A program made the position numbers and the translations under genes. The notes below the pieces were generated by a model. The model did no database searches and had not been told where the DNA came from. It saw nothing but the letters and a program-made list of their open reading frames with translations. From Ignavibacteriota bacterium (lineage in GTDB: Bacteria > Bacteroidota > Ignavibacteria > Palsa-1295), in the NCBI GenBank assembly GCA_963787835.1, contig CAWBEI010000002.1, positions 768,001 to 832,000 of the forward strand: 64,000 nucleotides of DNA, in the 5' to 3' direction. Positions 30,323 through 40,315 of the stretch are shown in pieces; positions within the stretch are counted from its first letter, which is position 1, and every line of letters starts with the position of its first letter.

Positions 30323-31207
30323 TTATCCTAATTTCTGACCCTTTAGCGAGAAGCGCGCCGCAAGCGAAAGCACGAGTATGATCGCTAATAAAATAATGGC
30401 TCCAGCGAAGGCAAGATGGTGCAGATTATCGTAGGGTGATGTTGCGTAGTTATAAATATTAAGCGGGAGCGCATCGATGGGCCGGTCGAGCCGGGCATTG
30501 AAATCCAGATTGCCAAAGGCAGTGAAAAGCAGCGGCGCCGTCTCCCCGGAAATTCTCGCGAGCGCAAGCAGGATCCCAGTAACCACGCCGCTTCGGGCAG
30601 CAGGAAGGATCACACTCCAGGTGGTTCGCCATCTGCGAGCGCCCAGCGCAAGCGAGGCATCGCGTAATGCCGTCGGGACGAGCCGCAGGATCTCCTCGGT
30701 GGTTCTCATGACCGTTGGGATCATCAAAAATCCGAGAGCAACGCCACCAGCGAATGCAGAGAACGCATGGCCCGGATTCAATTCTGCCACGGGAAGTACC
30801 ACAATAAGATAGGCGAAAATTCCCATGACAATGCTCGGGATCGAGTTCATGACATCGGTGAAGAACCGGAGCGTGCGTGAAAAGGTGGTATCCGTCTCCA
30901 ATTGATAGACGCCCCCTAAGATTCCGATCGGAAGCCCGATGGCACAGCCAACGGCCATTAAAATAAGCGTTCCTACAATTCCGTTGAGCAATCCGCCGCC
31001 AAGCTGCCCCTGAGGCACGGGGCCCTTGGTAAACACATCCAGATTGATGGAGCCAATGCCCTCGATCAAGATATAAAGCAGAACGGCCAATAACGCAATA
31101 ATGCAAATGATCGCAGCCGCAAGGGCCACGCCGCCCATGACCGCGCTAAGCGACCTTCGATAGCGCGATTTTCCTGTCGGACGGCCAAGTGTTGAAGTTT
31201 CGCTCAT
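30323..31207 (-). CDS. pstA: Phosphate ABC transporter permease PstA
   Basis: GGGLLNGIVGT, IPSIVMG, RDASLALGA and ARISGETAPLL. Confidence 0.95.
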   Translation of the reverse strand: MSETSTLGRPTGKSRYRRSLSAVMGGVALAAAIICIIALLAVLLYILIEGIGSINLDVFTKGPVPQGQLGGGLLNGIVGTLILMAVGCAIGLPIGILGGVYQLETDTTFSRTLRFFTDVMNSIPSIVMGIFAYLIVVLPVAELNPGHAFSAFAGGVALGFLMIPTVMRTTEEILRLVPTALRDASLALGARRWRTTWSVILPAARSGVVTGILLALARISGETAPLLFTAFGNLDFNARLDRPIDALPLNIYNYATSPYDNLHHLAFAGAIILLAIILVLSLAARFSLKGQKLG

Positions 31208-32209
31208 TTATTTATGCTTGCGATTCGTAGTCGCATTAATGTCCTGCGCGGTATAAAAGATAAGCAGCTTCGCGCCTGCATTCACTACGAGCGTGATTAG
31301 GAACAGGCACAAGCCGATCTCGATGAGTGCAGAACGGTACAAGCCCGACGCCTCCGCCAATTCGTTAGCAATGACACTGGCAAGGGTATAGCCGGAATTA
31401 AAAAGATTAAGCTTGAAGACCGGGGCATTGCCGATGACCATCGTAACGGCCATCGTTTCACCAAGCGCACGGCCAAAGCCAAGCATCACGGCACCAATAA
31501 TACCCGCGCGTGAATACGGAAGCACCACACCTTTGATCGTTTCCCATTGTGTTGCGCCAAGCGCATACGAAGCTTCGCGCACGGCTCTTGGGATCGCCTG
31601 CAAAATATCCCTCGAGACCGCCGTGATATAGGGAAGGATCATGATCGCAAGGATCACGGACGCCGAAAGCATGTCGTACCCATTCGGCGAATCGCCAAAG
31701 ATAGGAACACCCGCTAAGGGCCCTTTGCTGATGGGGCCCTCGACATACTTTACCAGTAAGGGCTGCAAAATGAAAAGACCCCAGAGACCATAGACAACGC
31801 TCGGAATAGCCGCGAGCAATTCCACCATGAAGGACATCGGCTTCTCGAGCCAGCTCGGGGCCATCTCCGAGAGGAACACCGCAGTAAAGATGCTGATCGG
31901 AAGCGCAATCACGAGCGCCCACATGGAAGAATAAAGGGTTCCGAGAATAAAGGGGAGCGCCCCGAAAAGGTTGTGACCCGGATCCCAGTTGCTATCTGCA
32001 AAAAAATGGAGACCAAACACAGAGATCGATTGCCGCGAGCCCATCGTAAGCTCGTAGATCGTGCCGATGATGATCAGCAACACACTGATCGCGGCGGCAG
32101 CAAGCACCCACCGATAGATCGTATCGGCGTAACTTTTTTTGCTGGGCTTAAGCTCGACCTTCTTAAACGAAGGGATCACTTCGATGATCGCGGTTTCAAC
32201 AGATGGCAT
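31208..32209 (-). CDS. pstC: Phosphate ABC transporter permease PstC
   Basis: FGALPFILGT, ELLAAIPSVVYGLWG and GRALGETMAV. Confidence 0.95.
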   Translation of the reverse strand: MPSVETAIIEVIPSFKKVELKPSKKSYADTIYRWVLAAAAISVLLIIIGTIYELTMGSRQSISVFGLHFFADSNWDPGHNLFGALPFILGTLYSSMWALVIALPISIFTAVFLSEMAPSWLEKPMSFMVELLAAIPSVVYGLWGLFILQPLLVKYVEGPISKGPLAGVPIFGDSPNGYDMLSASVILAIMILPYITAVSRDILQAIPRAVREASYALGATQWETIKGVVLPYSRAGIIGAVMLGFGRALGETMAVTMVIGNAPVFKLNLFNSGYTLASVIANELAEASGLYRSALIEIGLCLFLITLVVNAGAKLLIFYTAQDINATTNRKHK

Positions 32210-32368
32210 AATTGGTGAGCCAGTAAAGCAAAAAAACGGGGAGTCTGTTTCTGATGAGAGGTTATGAAATCGTTAAATCATGAAAAGAGTCCCCTGTTAA
32301 GAGGGGTAGCACCGAGTAAGGAACGAAGGTCTTTCCCCGTTCCGTACTCGATACTAAATACTCGGTAC

Positions 32369-33376
32369 TCACTGGATCGAATCGATCAGCTTCATTTCCC
32401 GTGAGACGACGTCATTGGGCACGGCAGCATACCACAACGGGGCTGTGTCGGTCTGGCTTTTGGTGAGCACGTACTTCAGGAATTTCTTTAATTCTGCAGG
32501 TTTCTGGCTTTTCTGATAGACAATGAGCCAGCTAAACCCGGAGATCGGATACCCTTTTGGGGCATTGGTGATCATGGCGCAAAGATCGGAAGGCATTTGA
32601 GTGGAATTGGCAGCTTCCATGGCCGTTTCCGCGCTCGGGTAGCTGTACTTACCGCTCCCGTTGTCGATCGCGGCATAAGGGAGCTTGTTCTCCTGAGCGT
32701 ACGCGAACTCGACATAACCGATGGAGTTGTCTTTCCCCATTAACACTCCTGCGACGCCCGCACTGCCTTTACCACCGATTCCGCCTGGCCAGTTGACCGT
32801 CTTGCCGGCGCCAACCTGCGATTTCCAATCGGCGCTCACTTTGGAAAGATAATCCGTAAAGATCGCCGTGGTGCCCGAGCCATCCGAACGATGAACGATC
32901 GTGATCACCTCGTGCGGAAGCTTTTTGCCGGGGTTACGAGCAACAATGCGTGGATCGTCCCAATACTTGATCTTGCCTAAGAAGATGTCCGCAAGTTCCG
33001 GTCCGCCGAAGCCAAGACCGGTCCCAATACCATTCACATTATAGGCAATGGCAACAGCGCCAATAACCGCCGGAAGATGAATGACCGGGCCTTTAGCGCG
33101 GCCGATCTCATCCTTGTTCATGGGGGCATCGGAGCCGGCAAAGTCGATCGTGCCATCGATCAAATTATTGATACCAGCACCCGAACCAACGGATTGATAG
33201 TTGATGCTCGTGCCCGTCGAGTTCTTGTAATCGTAGGCCCATTTGCTCATAATGGGGGTGATAAACGTCGAGCCTGCGCCGGTGAGATCTTGTGCCTGGG
33301 CACCGGAAACCATAGATGCCAATGATGCAATGACAACCAGTGCGAACGCCGTAGGAATGCGAAAGGTCTGTTTCAT
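32369..33376 (-). CDS. pstS: Phosphate ABC transporter substrate-binding protein (cleavable signal peptide copy)
   Basis: AQA-Q signal; GAGSTF, YQSVGSGAG, HRSDGSGTT, IGYVE and YPISG. Confidence 0.95.
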   Translation of the reverse strand: MKQTFRIPTAFALVVIASLASMVSGAQAQDLTGAGSTFITPIMSKWAYDYKNSTGTSINYQSVGSGAGINNLIDGTIDFAGSDAPMNKDEIGRAKGPVIHLPAVIGAVAIAYNVNGIGTGLGFGGPELADIFLGKIKYWDDPRIVARNPGKKLPHEVITIVHRSDGSGTTAIFTDYLSKVSADWKSQVGAGKTVNWPGGIGGKGSAGVAGVLMGKDNSIGYVEFAYAQENKLPYAAIDNGSGKYSYPSAETAMEAANSTQMPSDLCAMITNAPKGYPISGFSWLIVYQKSQKPAELKKFLKYVLTKSQTDTAPLWYAAVPNDVVSREMKLIDSIQ

Positions 33377-33658
33377 GGGAATTAAGAAATATTCGGTGAA
33401 TGCAACTCGGGGGAATAAATCCGTCGTTTAATTGTTCGCACTAAAGGTAAAATGGGGCGTGGAGGTTCTTATTTCCTGGTTAACAATTTGTTAATAGATT
33501 GCTTCGAAATTGTTTCTTCCTCAATCCAGTGATTTTCAATACAACCCTTGATTTTTCAATACAAAAATAATGCCCGCTGACCAACTCTTCTGGGTGACAC
33601 TCGCAACTACTTTCGTGGTTCTTGCGGTTTAGTTATTTAGTATCATACCCTTGCCATT

Positions 33659-34936
33659 ATGAAACACTTTAGAATTGCCTCACTTGCCATACCACTATTG
33701 TTGCTTGGGACTTCCGTATTCTCACAGACGTACCGAGCTACGTACATTACCTCCCTTGTCCTTGTTGGGAATAAAGGGGCCGATATCAAACACTCGACGG
33801 TGCTCCTGATGCCATCCACGTCCACCAACGACACCCTTATACTGCCGAACGCGAATCTGGCCGGTGCACTTGTCAATGATGGCAGCGGAAATCTGAGTTG
33901 GTCTTCCAGCGGCGGCGGCGGAATACTTTCACATATTTCGGAGACGTACTCTACCACAAGCCCTTATTCCGCCATCGCTAGCGGCGAGGAGTTGCAAGCC
34001 TCCGGAACCGCGTCGAATATTGATCTCGTCTTGTCCTCGAAGGGAAATGGTGCTGTGTATGCGAATGCAGCGGATAATACTTCAACTGGCGGCAATCTCC
34101 GGGGCACGAATGCAGTCGATTGGCAAATGAGCCGTACCGCAAACACCCAGGTGGCAAGCGGAAATTACGCCGTTGTCAGCGGTGGCCAGAACAACGCTGC
34201 GGGCGGCATCTATTCGGCGATCCCCGGCGGACAAAATCTCACACTGAGTAATGCCGGCGATTTCGGATTCAATAGCGGCGCCAACGCCATGACGGTCGCC
34301 ACGAGTAATATTTCCACCTTTGCCAATACCGATCTCTGGCTGGCAAACAACGATAACACGGCACGGGCGCTGGTACTGTACGCGCCCAATACTACGACCG
34401 GCGCGTTCCCGAATGGAACGAAATATGTCGGGCTTAAGGCCGGCGCGGTAACATCATCGGTCACCTACACGCTCCCCCTTGCCGATGCAACCGCCTCCGG
34501 CCAAGTGCTCTACTCGAATGGATCGGGAACGCTTAATTGGGGAAGCTATCTTCCGATCGGCGGGGGCACGCTCTCTACCAGTTCGAGTTCCCCCTTACTG
34601 ACGCTCTCCTCGACCGCCGCTGCGCCGGCCACGGTGCTTTCGATGAACGGGGGCATGGTGGTCATGCAAAGCACGGCTTCTACCCCTGCAAGTGGTTCCA
34701 CGATCGCCACGAACGTTGCAGCAGTCGTTGTCGGCGATAACGGCGTAACGAACAGCCCGGCAACGATCACGCTTCCCACAGGAACGGAAGGGCAGATCCT
34801 GTACATCACGACACAGGATCCGGACGGAGTAACGATCACCACGACGGTTAATTCCGTTTCTTTCAATGTCACCATTGCGGATTCCGAGGTCGGTACGTTC
34901 ATGTATCTCGGTGGGCAATGGAGGATTCAGCATTAA
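33659..34936 (+). CDS. Secreted Ser/Thr/Gly-rich protein, fibre/adhesin-like
   Basis: Signal peptide; GGNLRGTNAVDWQ, ASGNYAVVSGGQNN and YTLPLAD..SGQVL..NGSGTLNW segments resemble trimeric beta-fibre proteins. Confidence 0.6.
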   Translation: MKHFRIASLAIPLLLLGTSVFSQTYRATYITSLVLVGNKGADIKHSTVLLMPSTSTNDTLILPNANLAGALVNDGSGNLSWSSSGGGGILSHISETYSTTSPYSAIASGEELQASGTASNIDLVLSSKGNGAVYANAADNTSTGGNLRGTNAVDWQMSRTANTQVASGNYAVVSGGQNNAAGGIYSAIPGGQNLTLSNAGDFGFNSGANAMTVATSNISTFANTDLWLANNDNTARALVLYAPNTTTGAFPNGTKYVGLKAGAVTSSVTYTLPLADATASGQVLYSNGSGTLNWGSYLPIGGGTLSTSSSSPLLTLSSTAAAPATVLSMNGGMVVMQSTASTPASGSTIATNVAAVVVGDNGVTNSPATITLPTGTEGQILYITTQDPDGVTITTTVNSVSFNVTIADSEVGTFMYLGGQWRIQH

Positions 34937-34986
34937 GAGATACGGAACATCGTCCATTGCACACGAGGAAGATCCATCGACTGTTA

Positions 34987-37900
34987 ATGAGCATCGTATT
35001 CGTGAATCGTCCCGTTCGGATGTTCGTCCTCATCGTGGGAACCGGACTTGCCATGATCGCTTCTTGCTGGTTCCCACAGATCGCCACGGCACAGGTTACC
35101 ACGACCCGATCTCCGCAGGATCTTCATATCGGATCGAGAACGATGGTGCATGGACATGTCTCGATAAAGTATATGGTGCTCGTGGGTGCCAACCCCCCTC
35201 CATCGGTGGGAGCAAAGCCCCAGAACCGAGCGCCATCGGAGCAAAAGTTAGAATCGGGCTTGCTGGAGATCGTCAATCAGATCGAGATAGACAGTAGTTT
35301 TGCAAAGAATGCGTTAAGACAAGAGCCGCCTGGTCTTAGTGACACCGCACGGCCACTACACCGCCTCGTGCGTGCAGACGATCAGGACCGCGTTTTCATC
35401 GATGTGATGCCCGCACTCGGTTTTACGAACTCTGATGTGGATATCGCCGCGCGTGCGGTCGGTGGCATCGTGGATCTGGTGGATGAAAAGGCTCCCGCGC
35501 TGTTGCGAGCATCTCCGACCCTGGAGGCATGGATTCCCGTACTAAAGTTGAAAGCGTTTGCTGCGCGACCGGAAGTCAGAGGCATTCGGCGTGTCCTCGA
35601 TGCCGAAACGAATACCGGTTCGGTAACGTCACTCGGCGTCTCAAGGCTTCGCGCCGACGTCGCACAGCGAGTCCTGAGTGCTACGGGTTCGGGCATCAAA
35701 GTCGGAGTCATGTCCGACGATTGCAGCAGCGGCCCCAGCGGCCACTTAAAAACCAGCATCAGTACCGGAGACATCGATTCGAATTTCGTTTCCCTTAGCG
35801 ACCCTGACTCATTGAGCGGTGAACATGAAGGCCTTGCTATGTCAGAGATCGTTCAGGATGTAGCGCCAAAAGCGCAGATCTATTTCGCAACGGCCGAAGG
35901 TGGAGATAACCAGTTCGGACTCAACATGTACGCGCTTGCAAACGCAGGCTGCAAGGTCATTTGCGATGATTATCAATATTACGATGAACCGGTCTTTCAA
36001 GATGGCACGCTCGCGGAAATTGTGAATGATCTATCCGCGAACTACGGAGTCGTCTATATCTCCTCGGCTGGAAATCAAGCACAATCGAGCAACTATCAAA
36101 CGTATAAGAATATGTCTGGCACTGGCCTGATGGCCGGAAGGAATGTGTTCGATTTTACCGGTTCAGGCTCGGAATATCTGCCGGACACTCTTCAGTCTGG
36201 AAACCTGGTTACGATCGAGTTGCAATGGGATGATCCGTGGGGTGCCTCCTCGAATGATTACAATCTGTATCTTATTAATCCGGGCGAGACTGCGATTGTT
36301 GACTCAAGCACTTCCGTGCAGAACAGCGGTTATCCATATCCCTATGAAATTTTCCAATACCTTGTTCCAAGCACTGGAATTTATAATATCGCCATTGAAC
36401 AAAGAACGATCTCCAGCACCGATTCCAATGCCACCGCCCGAACCAAGCTTACCGGGTTTCCCAACGGAGGGATCATCAATTTTGGAAGCGTGACGAGCAG
36501 CACGTTCGGACACTCCTGCGCCGATAGCTGCCTCGGTGCCGGCGCCATCAGCACCACCGGATCGAATTACAATACCATCGAGAAGTTTAGCGGCCAAGGC
36601 CCTTCTTATAACATCACATTCGGCACCAACACGCGTACGATCAATGAAACACGTCTGAAACCGGATCTTGCGGCCTTCGATAACGTTCAGACCACCGTTC
36701 CCGGATTCTCGTCGTTCTCCGGAACCAGCGCATCCAGCCCGCACATCGCTGGAACCGTCGCGCTGCTGCTCGGTGCAAATCCTGGGATGACTGCTACGCA
36801 AGCCCGTGCCGCTATGCGTGCCGGAACCATCGACGAAGGCGCGGCTGGCAATGATTACGTGTTCGGATATGGCCGGCTTGACGCCTTTAAGACCATCACG
36901 CAAGCGCTTTCCGGGTCGGGCAAGAGTTATGCCTTGTTCAAAACCGTAAATACGGCTATCCCCGATGGAACAAGCAGCCTGAGCTCGATCATCAGCCCAA
37001 CCCTTACCTCTAACGCGGATTCCGTCTATCTTAGCTTCACGATCGATTCGCATCCGAAGTGGGGAGACCTTACGGTCAAGCTCACCTCTCCGGATGCCAC
37101 AACCGTCACTGTGCTGACCCGTCCTGCGAACGGCACGGGAGGTTCCACAGGGGAACATCCCAATGTGGTACTCGGGGATAACGCATCAACCGCACTCGAA
37201 TCCTACTCACCAGGAGCGACCGAAGTCATTGGGTTTTACTATCCGCAGAACGATATTTCTACCTCTTCGGGATTTCACAACCGGGGGATCTCCGGCAACT
37301 GGACGCTCAATGTCGCCGACGCGGTTGTTGGGAACTCCGGTACGCTGAAAGACTGGGGCATCTATTGGAAAGTATTACCCAATGCGAACGAAAACCTCAC
37401 GCTTTCAGGAACTGCACCCTATCTCTGGTCGAGCGATAACAGCATGAAAACAGTGACAGTCTCTCAAACAGTCAACAACGGAGCTATTCCTGTCATTAAG
37501 CTGGATACAATCACCGCAAATGAAGCGGTGGCCAACGGAGACATCGTCGCGACCACCGGAACGAATACTACCTCCCTACAATTGCGCGCCAAGTGTGATG
37601 CAAACAGCGGCCGGGTTTATTCCGCAAGTTATGAACTGACCGATATCGGCGGCTACGATTCCATCTTTAAGCTAAGCATCCCTGTGCTGAACAAGATCGG
37701 TCATGCCTCCGGATCCCCGGTCACGAGCAGTGGGGGAACCTCGCTCGGATTGCCGAGCGTCAATCCTTTAGTGTCTGGAACCACTACTTTCACCTATACC
37801 CTTTCGACTGCCGAAAATATCGATCTAAGTATTTTCGATCTTCGTGGTAAATGGCAAATAAGCGTGGATAACGGCGCGAAAACCTCCGGCGTCCATAACA

Positions 37901-38013
37901 TTACCTGGAACGGCGACGGAGCAAATGGAACGTTGCTCTCGGATGGCACCTACATCTATCAGCTTTCCGCCGGTGGCTCATTCTTTGACGGGACGATTAC
38001 GCTGAACCATTAG
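34987..38013 (+). CDS. S8 subtilase with proprotein-convertase P-like domain and FlgD/T9SS-like C-terminal Ig domain
   Basis: GSGIKVGVMSD, SSAGN, KPDLAA, FSGTSASSPH and GYGRLDA; P-domain GDLTVKLTSP...GNWTLNV.D; C-terminal IFDLRG..WNG..GTYIY. Start uncertain (34918, 34987 or 35020). Confidence 0.85.
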   Translation: MSIVFVNRPVRMFVLIVGTGLAMIASCWFPQIATAQVTTTRSPQDLHIGSRTMVHGHVSIKYMVLVGANPPPSVGAKPQNRAPSEQKLESGLLEIVNQIEIDSSFAKNALRQEPPGLSDTARPLHRLVRADDQDRVFIDVMPALGFTNSDVDIAARAVGGIVDLVDEKAPALLRASPTLEAWIPVLKLKAFAARPEVRGIRRVLDAETNTGSVTSLGVSRLRADVAQRVLSATGSGIKVGVMSDDCSSGPSGHLKTSISTGDIDSNFVSLSDPDSLSGEHEGLAMSEIVQDVAPKAQIYFATAEGGDNQFGLNMYALANAGCKVICDDYQYYDEPVFQDGTLAEIVNDLSANYGVVYISSAGNQAQSSNYQTYKNMSGTGLMAGRNVFDFTGSGSEYLPDTLQSGNLVTIELQWDDPWGASSNDYNLYLINPGETAIVDSSTSVQNSGYPYPYEIFQYLVPSTGIYNIAIEQRTISSTDSNATARTKLTGFPNGGIINFGSVTSSTFGHSCADSCLGAGAISTTGSNYNTIEKFSGQGPSYNITFGTNTRTINETRLKPDLAAFDNVQTTVPGFSSFSGTSASSPHIAGTVALLLGANPGMTATQARAAMRAGTIDEGAAGNDYVFGYGRLDAFKTITQALSGSGKSYALFKTVNTAIPDGTSSLSSIISPTLTSNADSVYLSFTIDSHPKWGDLTVKLTSPDATTVTVLTRPANGTGGSTGEHPNVVLGDNASTALESYSPGATEVIGFYYPQNDISTSSGFHNRGISGNWTLNVADAVVGNSGTLKDWGIYWKVLPNANENLTLSGTAPYLWSSDNSMKTVTVSQTVNNGAIPVIKLDTITANEAVANGDIVATTGTNTTSLQLRAKCDANSGRVYSASYELTDIGGYDSIFKLSIPVLNKIGHASGSPVTSSGGTSLGLPSVNPLVSGTTTFTYTLSTAENIDLSIFDLRGKWQISVDNGAKTSGVHNITWNGDGANGTLLSDGTYIYQLSAGGSFFDGTITLNH

Positions 38014-38014
38014 G

Positions 38015-38095
38015 GTACAGAGTGTGTGAGTACCGAGTACCGCGGATAAGGAATTTCTCCTCATACTCGGCACTCGGTACACACACACTCTGTAC
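38015..38095. repeat. Intergenic inverted repeat built from heptamer-like units
   Basis: gtacagagtgtgtgagtaccgagt ... actcggtacacacacactctgtac. Related accgagta/tactcggt units occur at ~32310-32370 between pstS and pstC. Confidence 0.7.
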
Positions 38096-38162
38096 TTCCC
38101 CATCATTCTTCGGAAATCTCATACTCCTATCTGCTGTTGAGGCCTTACCAATAATCCCCCTC

Positions 38163-40313
38163 ATGCCAAAACGAACAGCAGAAAAATCTGAATCAGCGAC
38201 TAAAGCCAACCATGGCAGTTCTGTCATGTCCATGATCTCCAATATAGCGCCAGGAAATGGCGCCTCCCGCACGCAACCGAAAGATTTCTGGCTTCGCATA
38301 GCACGTACCGTCCTCACCTCCCGCGTGCTCGACCGCATTGAAGAGCAGGAAATGGCACCGAAGGGGCTCGTCACCTACCAATTTTCGGCCCGAGGTCACG
38401 ATCTGGCCCAGGCAATTTTAAGCGAGTGCATTACCAATCCACGAGATGGAGCCACCTGCTATTATCGCTCACGCCCGTTCGTACTCGGGCAGGGGTTGAC
38501 TGCCGAAGAATCATTTCGAGCCTCCCTTGCGCGAGCTGGCGGAATGACGGATGGTCGTGACATCGGTGTAGTTCACCTTCTTCCGCGCCGCGAACGTGGC
38601 ACGGTGCTGCCAGCCTCCGGTGATGTCGGTGCGCAGTATTCCCCAGGTGCAGGATGGGCACAATCACTGAAATATTATGCTGAGACTTTGAACGATGAGA
38701 GTTATCAAGGCGCTATTGCCGTCGCGCTTGGCGGCGATGCTTCCACGGCAACGAACGGCTTTTGGGCGGCATTGAATATCGCAACCACGCTTCAGCTTCC
38801 GATGCTCTTCTTTATCGAAGATAACGGCTACGGCATATCCGTCACCAGCAATTTCCAAACGCCGGGAAGGAATATTGCAAAAAACCTTGCGGCCTTCACC
38901 GATCTGCAACTCTTCGAATGCAAAGGCTACGAACCGGAAGATGCAGAGAAGCATATTCGCGCCGCCGTGGAATATGTTCGTGAGTGGCAGGGGCCGGCGC
39001 TCATCCGAGTAGAAGTTCCACGGCTTTCGGGACATTCCTTTACCGATACACAAAGTTATAAATCTCCCGAGCTTCGCGCGCTGGAAGAATCGCATGACCC
39101 GCTTCCTAAGCTGGAAGCGTTACTCAACTCTTCTTTTCTTTCATCGACGGAGTGGACAGCATTGGTGGACGAAGTGGAGCGGGATGTCCGTGCTGCTGCC
39201 GATCGAGCGCTTGCTGCACCGGTTCCCGATACGGGTATTGTTCTGCAACATCTCTTTTCGAACAATGTAGCGCCGGCGTCCTCGCCGGTCCCAGCATGGG
39301 GAACCGGCGAGGACGCCGGCGCTACAAGCACTCCGGTTACAGGCCCGCGCATGAACTTGCAGGATGCCGTTCGTAAGGTACTGGAAGTTGAACTTACTGC
39401 GAATCCCAAGCTGCTTATTTTTGGCGAGGATGTCGGGGCTAAAGGTGGCGTGCATGGGGCAACGGTCGATCTGCAAGTGAAATTTGGCGAAGCACGGGTG
39501 TTCGATACGTCGCTTTCGGAAGAGGGGATCATTGGCCGCTCCGTTGGCATGGCAATGGCGGGACTCCGACCGGTTCCAGAGATTCAGTTCCGGAAATATG
39601 CCGATCCCGCGACCGAGCAGATCAACGATTGCGGTACCATCCGCTGGCGCACACTTTCGAAATTCACTGCGCCGGTTGTCGTGAGAATTCCCGTCGGGTT
39701 TGGGAAAAAGACGGGCGATCCGTGGCACTCTGTTTCCGGCGAAGCTGCGTTCGCGCACACGATCGGCTGGCGTATTGCGTATCCATCGAACACGGAGGAT
39801 GCTGTTGGTTTGCTCCGGAATGCCTTGCGCGGCGAAGACCCGACGTTCTTCTTCGAACATCGCGCACTGCTCGATACCGCACAAGCCCGAACCAATTACC
39901 CCGGCGATGATTTTATCCTTCCCTTTGGTAAGGCGCGCATTCACCGTGAGGGAAATGCGGCGACCATTGTAACATGGGGTTCCATGGTCGATCGCGCAAC
40001 GCAAGCTTCCGAAGGACTCGATATAGAGATTCTCGATCTCCGGACGATCATTCCCTGGGATAAGCAGGCAGTACTGGATTCTGTGAAAAAAACCAACCGC
40101 GTACTGGTGTTGCATGAAGATGGCTGGACGTGCGGACTCGGCGGAGAAATTGCTGCAACGATCTCCCAGAATGCATTTGAGTTCCTGGACGCACCCGTCG
40201 AGCGTATGGCAGTTCCCGATTGCCCTATCCCCTACAACACCACGTTAATGGACTCCGTCGTCCCATCGGCGGCAAGCATTCACCAAAGACTCGAAAAATT
40301 GCTCCGCTATTAA
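38163..40313 (+). CDS. Fused alpha/beta E1 component of a 2-oxoacid (probably branched-chain) dehydrogenase
   Basis: YQFSARGH, TPP motif GDAS...EDNGYG, FGEDVG, DTSLSEEGI, EIQF, DLRT and LDAPVER. Confidence 0.9.
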   Translation: MPKRTAEKSESATKANHGSSVMSMISNIAPGNGASRTQPKDFWLRIARTVLTSRVLDRIEEQEMAPKGLVTYQFSARGHDLAQAILSECITNPRDGATCYYRSRPFVLGQGLTAEESFRASLARAGGMTDGRDIGVVHLLPRRERGTVLPASGDVGAQYSPGAGWAQSLKYYAETLNDESYQGAIAVALGGDASTATNGFWAALNIATTLQLPMLFFIEDNGYGISVTSNFQTPGRNIAKNLAAFTDLQLFECKGYEPEDAEKHIRAAVEYVREWQGPALIRVEVPRLSGHSFTDTQSYKSPELRALEESHDPLPKLEALLNSSFLSSTEWTALVDEVERDVRAAADRALAAPVPDTGIVLQHLFSNNVAPASSPVPAWGTGEDAGATSTPVTGPRMNLQDAVRKVLEVELTANPKLLIFGEDVGAKGGVHGATVDLQVKFGEARVFDTSLSEEGIIGRSVGMAMAGLRPVPEIQFRKYADPATEQINDCGTIRWRTLSKFTAPVVVRIPVGFGKKTGDPWHSVSGEAAFAHTIGWRIAYPSNTEDAVGLLRNALRGEDPTFFFEHRALLDTAQARTNYPGDDFILPFGKARIHREGNAATIVTWGSMVDRATQASEGLDIEILDLRTIIPWDKQAVLDSVKKTNRVLVLHEDGWTCGLGGEIAATISQNAFEFLDAPVERMAVPDCPIPYNTTLMDSVVPSAASIHQRLEKLLRY
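39266..39326. repeat. GTAG-type REP doublet (perfect 24-bp inverted repeat) inside the E1 coding sequence
   Basis: tgtagcgccggcgtcctcgccggt ... accggcgaggacgccggcgctaca, encoding VAPASSPVPAWGTGEDAGAT at the alpha/beta junction. Confidence 0.9.
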
Positions 40314-40315
40314 AG

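Noticed and set aside
33720-35190. Similarity between the N-termini of the fibre-like protein (ITSLVLVG) and the subtilase (IKYMVLVG)
   Set aside because: Too short and hydrophobic to distinguish from chance without a profile search.
39141-40115. 324-aa antisense ORF (similarly 16673..17503, 23196..24047 and 36304..37158)
   Set aside because: These are shadow frames opposite well-supported genes, with no recognisable motifs.
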